A stretch of 64,000 nt of DNA from Caldicoprobacterales bacterium (GTDB lineage Bacteria; Bacillota; Clostridia; Caldicoprobacterales; UBA3941). The position numbers and the translations under genes were made by a program. Position 1 is the first letter of the stretch, and every line of letters begins with the position of its first letter. Below the pieces are notes generated by a model, which saw only the letters and a program-made list of their open reading frames with translations, was not told the DNA's origin and searched no databases. Shown here in pieces: positions 10,250-17,661 of this stretch. Location: positions 524,665-588,664 of the forward strand of contig JBMNFJ010000016.1 in the NCBI GenBank assembly GCA_050949255.1. Reading direction: 5' to 3'.

Positions 10250-11933
10250 GTATTGTAGTATTGCCTAAGGTGATCCTTTCGATTTCCCTGTCGCTGTTAT
10301 TACCCTGGCTGTTATTGATTTCGGGGGAATCTTCATCCTGGATACCGGAATCACCTGCAAATTGGGTGTCCTCTTCCCTTGGAACATCTCCATTCGCGGC
10401 TGGTTGATTTTCCGATGATTCCACTGCCCCACCGCCTTCACTCAATCCTAGGTCATCTACTGCTGATCTTGAATCATTATCTGGATCGGTATCAATCTGG
10501 GGAAGAGAATTCTCTACTTGGATCTTACCGTCCTGATCTAAGGTAATAGGTAAAGGTTTATACCGTTTTTCATTAGCATCATATACCCTGGTACTAACCT
10601 GCCGCGACCTTAGCTGAAGCTGTTTTATTTGGAAATCCAATTGTTTAAGCTGCGCATGAATATTGAAGAGGGAACGATCGTTTATTTGCATTTGCTCTTG
10701 AAGAGTATATACCAAAGAATTTAAACGATCAACCTGAGCCGATAGCTCCTTAATACTTTCCCCAAGGCTGTTGTTTTTCCTCCTTATGGAAGTAATTGCT
10801 CTTTTTATATCAGTCAACGCCAATGGATCCTTTCGCTCCGGTTCAGGACCCCATGGGGATAATTGGGCTTTAGGTGCGTCTTGGGCTTGTGTCTTGCCCG
10901 GTAAAAACTCATCTTTAATACCCATCAGTTTTAATTCGGGATATCCTTGCCCCCACAGGCTGAGAGATTTTGGTGCTCCATTGTCCAAATAGGTAAAATT
11001 AAGCAAAGTTGCATCACAGTTCATACTTTCTCTAATCGATTGGGGAGGTGACCAGGTTTTACCCAAATCAGTTGAAATTCTTCTATATATTAGTCTATCC
11101 TCTTTCCAAAAACAAGACAGCCCATCATCAGCCTCCGTCATCACCGGGGTCTCTATACTATGGGGAGTCTCATGGATCAATAGTTTCTGCCATGGATTGG
11201 AATTATCCTGAACCGATTCCGGTCTTAGCAGATGGTGTATCCGGTATTCTTCTGCTCCTTCTGAAAGCCAAAGGATGTGTAAATCATCCGCAGAACCTGC
11301 AAAAATTCTGTAACTATGGGCTGATAATGAGGAATGAATATGAACCGGATCCATCCAGGATAAAGAGGCATGGTCATAGATACAGTGGTATAGATGGTCT
11401 TTATTTCTCCATCTTTGGGTAAACAGCAGTTGAAGGTTGTTATTATTATCGATACAAGGAGTATGTATTACAGTCATTTGATCAGATACGAATTTCCAAA
11501 CCCTTCCACCATTCCATTTTCCTCCTTGTAAGTAATAATGGGCCATAGTTTCTCCACTTCTACTGAGGGAATGATTTATGTAATAGAGAATATGAACTCC
11601 CAAGGCCGAGGAAAGAATAAAATAGTAGGGGATATCCTGGTATCTGGAATATATCCGATCTACTACTTGGCTGTTCCATTTACCTTCCAGGAATTCGTAG
11701 TATACTAATTGGCGTGTTGTGGTATAGGCAATAAGGCGGATAATCCCTTTACTGTCCAGAGTAACAGAATATCCCTTTATAGGTTGGGAATCAATGTATT
11801 TATGGGTAGACCAATCACCCTGAATGTTGGTGGCATACCCAATCCTTTGGTTTTCTGATAGGTAAAAGAACCATAGAGTGCCCTCCTGATCCAGCAGATA
11901 ATGAGTACATTCAAATTTGGTAAGCCCATTCAT
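10218..11933 (-). CDS. Hypothetical protein with a beta-propeller-like N-terminal region (one Asp-box), a central coiled coil and an acidic tail
   Basis: ATG 11933 follows AAGGGGG. There are about six spaced G-x-W segments (QGDWS, EGKWN, GGKWN, LSWMD, NPWQK, GKTWS) and one S-x-D-x-G-x-T-W Asp-box (STDLGKTW). A heptad-like stretch (SIKELSAQVDRLNSLVYTLQEQMQ...) precedes a D/E/S-rich tail. No signal peptide. Confidence 0.5.
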   Translation of the reverse strand: MNGLTKFECTHYLLDQEGTLWFFYLSENQRIGYATNIQGDWSTHKYIDSQPIKGYSVTLDSKGIIRLIAYTTTRQLVYYEFLEGKWNSQVVDRIYSRYQDIPYYFILSSALGVHILYYINHSLSRSGETMAHYYLQGGKWNGGRVWKFVSDQMTVIHTPCIDNNNNLQLLFTQRWRNKDHLYHCIYDHASLSWMDPVHIHSSLSAHSYRIFAGSADDLHILWLSEGAEEYRIHHLLRPESVQDNSNPWQKLLIHETPHSIETPVMTEADDGLSCFWKEDRLIYRRISTDLGKTWSPPQSIRESMNCDATLLNFTYLDNGAPKSLSLWGQGYPELKLMGIKDEFLPGKTQAQDAPKAQLSPWGPEPERKDPLALTDIKRAITSIRRKNNSLGESIKELSAQVDRLNSLVYTLQEQMQINDRSLFNIHAQLKQLDFQIKQLQLRSRQVSTRVYDANEKRYKPLPITLDQDGKIQVENSLPQIDTDPDNDSRSAVDDLGLSEGGGAVESSENQPAANGDVPREEDTQFAGDSGIQDEDSPEINNSQGNNSDREIERITLGNTTILINPENQEDF

Positions 11934-12138
11934 AACGGTAACCCCCTTAGAATTCCAGCACGAGTCGGAACTGACCTTCATTTAATATCAAGGTCCATAC
12001 ACTCAATGCGTCTTGGTATTATCAAAGCATTATTTTTGAAACTTCCCTATTCACAAAAGTTGCCCTCCTTACATACTATGCAATATAAGGAGCGCACATG
12101 CTCTAATATATGAGACCACTTATTGAGGGGGTTATAAG

Positions 12139-12861
12139 ATGTCTTTTTATTCTCAGCAAAATCAAGGGAATGAACGCTGTCCTTCGCTAATTGGTTTCGA
12201 TGGGTTAAAGAGGATAAAAGAACGGGTTTGTATTCAAGTCAATAAAGTTTACGATGCTTGCCTGCAACAGGAAGTTTTGGAGAATGTCAGGGTCAATCTT
12301 ACCCATGTAAAAGGATCTGGGTTTGAGCCACCCCTAACCTTAGTTAGCTGCAGAAGTACTTCAGTCACGGGTAAGCTGGTAGGAACTATAATTCAAAGGC
12401 TAGAAGATAGACCAAACTTTGCCAGGGTAAGAACCAAAGTCGAGATACCCATCGAAGTTGTGTTTGAGGATGCCAGGAGAAAACAGGGGGTCGGAAAGGC
12501 CGTTATAACTATACCTAAAGATGTAATAATGTTTGTGCCGGATGAATCCGTCATACCTTTCCAGCTGGAAAGTGTTGTAAATGCGATATGCGTTTCAGGA
12601 ATGTTTATACCTGGCGATGCATTTAGATTCGATCTAGATGTATGTATAACCATCATACTCAAGATTATCGCAAAGGTCGAACTATTAATACCTGCATTCG
12701 GTTTCTGTGAGATACCTCCCTGTGAAGAATTTGCTGCCAATGTATGCGATGAGTTCTTCAGGCTGCCTCTATTCCCGCCACAAATAGAGGATATGCCACT
12801 CGATCCTAGGCCATCTCCCAGACCCAGGTTGCTTGGACAGGAAGATGAGGTAGAAGAATAA
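12139..12861 (+). CDS. Hypothetical protein (240 aa); no family recognised
   Basis: ATG follows GAGGGGG at 7 nt. The long ORF has normal composition, a Cys-containing N-terminus (VCIQVNKVYDACLQ) and a P-rich C-terminus. It is followed by a strong terminator. Confidence 0.55.
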   Translation: MSFYSQQNQGNERCPSLIGFDGLKRIKERVCIQVNKVYDACLQQEVLENVRVNLTHVKGSGFEPPLTLVSCRSTSVTGKLVGTIIQRLEDRPNFARVRTKVEIPIEVVFEDARRKQGVGKAVITIPKDVIMFVPDESVIPFQLESVVNAICVSGMFIPGDAFRFDLDVCITIILKIIAKVELLIPAFGFCEIPPCEEFAANVCDEFFRLPLFPPQIEDMPLDPRPSPRPRLLGQEDEVEE

Positions 12862-12873
12862 AACCAAGTAAGG

Positions 12874-12915
12874 AAAAATCCTATAAGCTCATTGAGCCTA
12901 TAGGATTTTTATTTT
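12874..12915. terminator. Bidirectional intrinsic terminator shared by the 240-aa ORF (+) and tRNA-Leu (-)
   Basis: AAAAATCCTATA...TATAGGATTTTT arms with an inner GCTC/GAGC extension. An A-tract on one side and a T-tract on the other allow it to function on both strands. Confidence 0.8.
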
Positions 12916-13001
12916 GGTGCCCAAGGTCGGATTCGAACCGACACGGTATTGCTACCACGGGATTTTGAGTCCCGCACGTCTGCCAATTCCATCACTCGGG
13001 C
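12915..13001 (-). tRNA. tRNA-Leu (anticodon CAA), type II with long variable arm, CCA encoded
   Basis: The reverse complement reads GCCCGAGTGATGGAATTGGCAGACG...CGGGA-CTCAAAA-TCCCG...GGTTCGAATCC...CTTGGGCACCA. It has a 7-bp acceptor stem (one G-U), a T-loop GTTCGAATC, and a 7-nt anticodon loop with CAA. Confidence 0.92.
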
Positions 13002-13030
13002 AAGTATTTATCTCATAAGACTGTAAAAAT

Positions 13031-13059
13031 ATATTAGCATAATTGATGAAGAAATGCAA
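13031..13059 (-). promoter_or_regulatory. SigA-type promoter for tRNA-Leu(CAA)
   Basis: On the minus strand: TTGCAT, 17 nt, TAATAT with an upstream TGC (extended -10). The -10 ends about 30 nt before the mature tRNA 5' end. Confidence 0.6.
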
Positions 13060-13120
13060 CTATTTATTTAGGACAACAATATAACACTGTCATGTTAATC
13101 ATTTTACAGAAACTAATGTA

Positions 13121-13150
13121 TTGCTTGTGCCTACAAATCCATGTTATAAT
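13121..13150 (+). promoter_or_regulatory. SigA-type promoter for the DUF457 gene
   Basis: TTGCTT, 18 nt, TATAAT with an upstream TGT (extended -10), 48 nt upstream of ATG 13198. Confidence 0.5.
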
Positions 13151-13197
13151 CTTGCTATGTCTGTTAAGATATTTTATGTAAACTAGAAGGTGATTAC

Positions 13198-14142
13198 ATG
13201 GATTTGATTACACATGGGGTTGTTGGTTTAGCCCTTGGTAGTTTAACCGGGGCACCTGGTATAATAGATAACCCATTGGCTATAGGCAGTATTATAGGTT
13301 CTATAATACCCGACGGTGATATAATCTATCAACTAAAGGGGGACTATACCTATTTAAAGCATCATAGGGGTCCATCCCATTCAATAACTGTGGGAACAAT
13401 AATATCTTTGATTATTTCCGGAGTTCTTCGGGTACTATTTCATGATTTTTCATTTTGGAGTATCTTTATCTGGACCTTTGGTGCCTATATGTTGCATATA
13501 GGCTTAGATATATTCAACTCCTATGGAGCAAAAATTTTATGGCCTTTTAGCCGTAAAAAAATTGAATCAGGATTGCTATTGATTTTTGATCCTGCTCTGC
13601 TTATTTCGGCCGGCGTGATTTCTTTTTCCGGAGGAGCTAATAGGGGACGGATAGCGGCTAGTATAGTATTCTTCGCGCTGTATCTTTTATTTAGGTGGGT
13701 GCTGAAGAGAAGTGTATATAAGAACTTGGTTTACTATTTTGGGAGAGAAGCAGGGCAGGAGATAGCTGTCATGCCCTCTATGCTACGACTTTTCAAATGG
13801 GACTTCATCCTGTACAGGAATGAAGAGATCATAACTGGGCGTGTAAATATCTTAAGAAGCGATATAGAGATAAGAGATCGCTTAAAACGTAGCAGCGCGG
13901 GACTGGAAAATCTGGTGATGGATACCAAAATAGGTAGATTTTTTAAAGAGTTCTCCCCTCATTATCATATAGATTGGATTAGTGATGGAAAGAACCACAA
14001 GGCTATTATCACAGATCTAAGGTATTATGTAAAGGGGAGCTATCTCCACCATGCTACCGCATTATTTAACTCACAATTAGAACTCATCTATTCTGCATTT
14101 CAGCCCTACAGCAAACAAAGAGAAATAAAAATTCCTGTCTGA
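13198..14142 (+). CDS. Membrane-bound metal-dependent hydrolase, YdjM/DUF457 family, with extra C-terminal domain
   Basis: MDLITHGVVGLALG... and multiple TM helices with conserved His/Asp (PDGD, HRGPSHS) match the DUF457 pattern. About 130 extra soluble residues sit at the C-terminus. Confidence 0.65.
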   Translation: MDLITHGVVGLALGSLTGAPGIIDNPLAIGSIIGSIIPDGDIIYQLKGDYTYLKHHRGPSHSITVGTIISLIISGVLRVLFHDFSFWSIFIWTFGAYMLHIGLDIFNSYGAKILWPFSRKKIESGLLLIFDPALLISAGVISFSGGANRGRIAASIVFFALYLLFRWVLKRSVYKNLVYYFGREAGQEIAVMPSMLRLFKWDFILYRNEEIITGRVNILRSDIEIRDRLKRSSAGLENLVMDTKIGRFFKEFSPHYHIDWISDGKNHKAIITDLRYYVKGSYLHHATALFNSQLELIYSAFQPYSKQREIKIPV

Positions 14143-14159
14143 GCCAGACAGGTTTTTTT
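14134..14159 (+). terminator. Intrinsic terminator of the DUF457 gene
   Basis: CCTGTCTG-AGC-CAGACAGG followed by TTTTTTT. The stop codon TGA lies in the stem/loop. Confidence 0.88.
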
Positions 14160-14221
14160 GCAACTTTTTATCACTAATCGCGTCAGTATGTATAGAAATG
14201 AAATACAAGGAGGGACTAGGG

Positions 14222-15505
14222 ATGGGCTGTAGTAGAATAAGATATAAGATATCATTGTATATTGACCACCAACTGGACGAACGGGATATGAAAAAAGTAA
14301 AGGCCCATCTAAACCGGTGTCCTACTTGCAGAGATTACTATAGGGACATAGTGGAAATTAGAGACCATTGCAGTGAATTAGGTACTGAAAGGGTACCAGT
14401 GAGTTTTTATGATGGTTTACGAAGAAAGCTGTATGGCGAGGGGGAGTTGAAATTGTCAGGAAGGAAGCGCAGGATATCAGTATTCATAGGATTGGCTTCA
14501 GTATTGGTGATCGCAATAGTAGGTATAAGTATGATAAATGCTCTGGGATTAGGAAGTATGAAGTCTCAAAGCCCGGCTTATGATCAGACACAGAGCAGTG
14601 TTGGAGTAGAGCCGGCCGCTCCAAGTGCAGACAGATATACTGATAGCCGGGAAGAGTATATGGAAATGCCCAGCATGGAGGTGGGCGAAGTTGAGCCGGA
14701 GGGTAATGCGGGATGGAGTAGCGGTGATGGCGATATAGCCTATGATACGGGTAAAGAATTTGCAGATAATACCCAAGGAATGATCATCAAATCGGCTTAC
14801 CTGGGCGTTGAAACCCTGGAATTTGATGTCTTTATCAGAAATCTGGAGGGAAAAGTAAAAGTTTTGGGCGGGTATATTGAATCCTCCAATATACAGGGAG
14901 TATCCAGAGAATCAAAGGGCAGTTTCACCCCAAGGCGAGCCAATTATGAGATTAGAATTCCCAGCAATAAGTTTGAGCAGTTTAATAATGAAGTAGGAGA
15001 ACTGGGAAACCTAATAACCAAGGAGATTCACGGAGAAAACGTTACGGGACAGTATCTTGACACCCAGGCCAGGGTAAAATCCCTTAAAATCCAAGAAGAG
15101 AGGCTTCTCAGTATACTTGAGAAGGCAGAAAGATTACAGGATATTATAGAATTGGAGAGTGAGCTATCCAGGGTCAGGTATGAAATTGAGAACTATACGG
15201 GTACGTTGAAAAGGCTGGAGCAAATGGTCAATTTCTCGCGGATCCATGTGGATGTATATGAGGTTAAGGAGATAAAGGTTACGGAACCGGACCCTGATAC
15301 TTTAGGTGAACGGATAGTCCGGGCATTTAAAAATTCCCTAACCGGCATTGGAATGTTTTTAGAGAATCTAATCATTTTCCTAGTGGGAGCCTTACCATAT
15401 CTGATTTTGCTGATTCCCATCGGTTGGGTAATATGGTTACTTGGAGTAAAACTTGTTGCTAGGCGGGCCAAAAAAGGAACGGAGGATCATGATGATGGAC
15501 AATAG
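14222..15505 (+). CDS. Putative zf-HC2 anti-sigma factor with TM segment and DUF4349-like extracytoplasmic domain
   Basis: ATG 14222 follows AAGGAGGG. H-x3-C-x2-C motif (HLNRCPTC), one TM helix (VFIGLASVLVIAIVGISMI), then a coiled YLDTQARVKSLKIQEERLL...SELSRVRYEIE region and C-terminal TM helices. Confidence 0.6.
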   Translation: MGCSRIRYKISLYIDHQLDERDMKKVKAHLNRCPTCRDYYRDIVEIRDHCSELGTERVPVSFYDGLRRKLYGEGELKLSGRKRRISVFIGLASVLVIAIVGISMINALGLGSMKSQSPAYDQTQSSVGVEPAAPSADRYTDSREEYMEMPSMEVGEVEPEGNAGWSSGDGDIAYDTGKEFADNTQGMIIKSAYLGVETLEFDVFIRNLEGKVKVLGGYIESSNIQGVSRESKGSFTPRRANYEIRIPSNKFEQFNNEVGELGNLITKEIHGENVTGQYLDTQARVKSLKIQEERLLSILEKAERLQDIIELESELSRVRYEIENYTGTLKRLEQMVNFSRIHVDVYEVKEIKVTEPDPDTLGERIVRAFKNSLTGIGMFLENLIIFLVGALPYLILLIPIGWVIWLLGVKLVARRAKKGTEDHDDGQ

Positions 15506-16271
15506 GAAGTTAATCTACATGCTGGTAGGGGTATTCCTTGTGATTAGTGCAGTTGCCATTACAGGTATAATAGCTGCCAGGGGGGCTATAGGTTCCGATG
15601 CCAATCTAAATATTGAAAGGGCTGGCGATAAGGTGAGAAACAATACCTTGACAGTAACGGGAACAGGAAAGATTAGCGTAAAGCCTGATGTTGCTTATCT
15701 GGAGGTGGGGGTCAGGACGCTAGATAAGGACGCTAAGAAGGCCCAGGATGAGAACAAGGCCATAATGAATACAATCATGACAAAACTAAGTTCCTTAAAT
15801 ATCGAAGAAAAGGATATCCAAACATCGACTTATAGCATTTGGCCAAGATATCACTATAGTAATAACAGGGAGAATTTGGAGGGTTATGAAGTTGAGAATA
15901 TGCTTAGGATTACCGTTCGCAGAATTGATTCAGTAGGCGATGTATTGGATGCAATCTCTAAAGAGGGGGCCAACAGGTCCTATGGAATAAACTTTGGTAT
16001 ATTGAATACCGATGCCATCTACGAACAAGCGCTGGAAAAAGCAATTGATGAGGCGAAGAGCAAAGCCGAAGTAATGGCAAATAAAGCGGGTGTGACCATT
16101 CATAAACCTTTGGCTATCTATGAGGGCAATCCTCCCAGGGAGATATATCCTAGCAGTATGGATGGCAGGTACTCAGTAGAATATGAGATGGACGGCGACG
16201 GGAGAGTACCCATAGCCGCAGGTCAACTGGAAATTGAAGCTCATGTAACCATAGTATATGGGGTAAGATAG
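15489..16271 (+). CDS. SIMPL/DUF541 (BP26-like) domain protein, membrane anchored
   Basis: N-terminal TM helix, then TLTVTGTGKISVKPDVAYLEVGV...AQDENKAIMNTI and the C-terminal PIAAGQLEIEAHVTIVY pattern typical of SIMPL. Three consecutive ATGs (15489-15497) follow GGAGGA. It overlaps the upstream gene by 17 nt. Confidence 0.7.
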   Translation: MMMDNRKLIYMLVGVFLVISAVAITGIIAARGAIGSDANLNIERAGDKVRNNTLTVTGTGKISVKPDVAYLEVGVRTLDKDAKKAQDENKAIMNTIMTKLSSLNIEEKDIQTSTYSIWPRYHYSNNRENLEGYEVENMLRITVRRIDSVGDVLDAISKEGANRSYGINFGILNTDAIYEQALEKAIDEAKSKAEVMANKAGVTIHKPLAIYEGNPPREIYPSSMDGRYSVEYEMDGDGRVPIAAGQLEIEAHVTIVYGVR

Positions 16272-16343
16272 TGAAAAGGTTTATGGGTACAAAAGGTTGG
16301 ATTAAGTTGCGCTGCTTATTGGATTTAAGTGCAAGAAAACGCA

Positions 16344-16374
16344 AATGGCGATGATAAGGAGAATCATCGCCATT
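16344..16374. terminator. Hairpin between convergent SIMPL and CAP-domain genes
   Basis: AATGGCGATGAT-AAGGAGA-ATCATCGCCATT is a 12-bp perfect stem. Only the minus-strand side has a modest T-rich tail (TTGCGTTTTCTTG). Confidence 0.55.
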
Positions 16375-16431
16375 AATATAGAATTTATTATTTACATGTG
16401 AAATTGTCTTATATTTATTGGCTTGGACTAA

Positions 16432-17289
16432 TTATTTACCTATGAACATCTGGACATATATATATCCATATCTGGTGCTCTTTTCGACCCCGATTCCCAT
16501 ATGTGTAAAGTTGGGATTTAGAATATTTTTTCTGTGCCCTTCAGAGTTCATAAGGCCAACGTGGGCCCTTTCTACACTGCTGGATCCTGCCAGGTTTTCC
16601 CCTGCAGCCCTGTAGGAGATGCCAAACTTTTTCATCATTTCAAAGGGGCTGCCATAGGTGGGCGAGTTATGATCGAAATAGTTGTTGTCACTCATATCTT
16701 TGGCTTTAACCTGGGCCACATTGGCCAGGTCGGCATCCCATGTCAGGGGTTTTAGACCCGCCTTTATCCTCTCCTGATTGACCATATCAAGCATCTGACC
16801 TTGTTGACCTCCTATACCCTGTGGTACTGGAGTGGGATCCGGTTTCTGCTCCGGAGCAGGTTTCTCGGGCTTAACTTCAGGTTGTGGTGATGGAGCGGGT
16901 AGTTCAGGCTTTTCAACAGGTTTTGGTTCATTTTCAGGCGTAGGAGCTGGTTGCTCCGGCTTTGTTTCAGGTTGGGGAGCAGGCACTTCGGGTTTTGTTT
17001 CAGGTTGAGGTGCCGGTGTATTCACTTCAGGTTTGGGCTGATACGCCTTATTAGAAAGGTTAGCATACCAGTTAGGGAAGTTAGAATACCAATTGTTAAA
17101 CTTAAGCAGAATTTCGCTAATATCCCTATGGGATACTGAAATCACCCTATGCCTAATTCCTGTATGAATGTAATTTTTCGTATTATTGCCTTGGTTCCAA
17201 TCATCGCCGTAAAATGCCATAGCGGGTGCTGATAGTACACCTAGAATTAGTGTTAAGGTTAGTATAAAGGCTACTAAGGACTTTTTCAT
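16432..17289 (-). CDS. Secreted CAP/SCP (YkwD-like) domain protein with proline-rich linker
   Basis: Signal peptide MKKSLVAFILTLTLILGVLSAPAMA, a PxxPE(T)KPE repeats linker, and a C-terminal CAP domain (NQERIKAGLKPL...YFDHNSP...GENLA...HRKNILNPNFTHMGIG). Confidence 0.8.
   Translation of the reverse strand: MKKSLVAFILTLTLILGVLSAPAMAFYGDDWNQGNNTKNYIHTGIRHRVISVSHRDISEILLKFNNWYSNFPNWYANLSNKAYQPKPEVNTPAPQPETKPEVPAPQPETKPEQPAPTPENEPKPVEKPELPAPSPQPEVKPEKPAPEQKPDPTPVPQGIGGQQGQMLDMVNQERIKAGLKPLTWDADLANVAQVKAKDMSDNNYFDHNSPTYGSPFEMMKKFGISYRAAGENLAGSSSVERAHVGLMNSEGHRKNILNPNFTHMGIGVEKSTRYGYIYVQMFIGK
16822..17040 (-). repeat. Coding proline-rich tandem repeat (about 11-aa PAPQPETKPEx units) within the CAP-domain gene
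   Basis: The protein reads PAPQPETKPEV PAPQPETKPEQ PAPTPENEPKP VEKPELPAPSPQPEVKPEKPAPEQKPDP. At DNA level TTTGTTTCAGGTTG(G/A)GG(A/T)GC recurs with a 33-nt period around 16959-17030. Confidence 0.8.
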
Positions 17290-17661
17290 GATTTAACCCC
17301 CTGATAAAAATTTGTTAAAATATTATGAAGTAATTACAGTACACAAGTTTCAACGAGATGTGTTAATATTACCCGAAGTCTATTGCTGCCTAATAGGAAC
17401 TTATCACTTATTAAAGAGAGGAACATCTTACCATCTCGTCACAAACCTGTATATCATTTGTAATATATCTTAACACATTTGTAACAAAGATGCACTGCTC
17501 AAATTTTGGTAAAATACTGTGATTGGAAAGAAAAGCGTGGTATGATAGAATCAAAGTGTAAACAGTATGGTATCTAACCTGGGGCATTTTCTGTAAGGAA
17601 GTCATACGGAAGGGCCATAGGTATATTATGGAAAATGATTATGGTGAGAGGGATTTGATCG

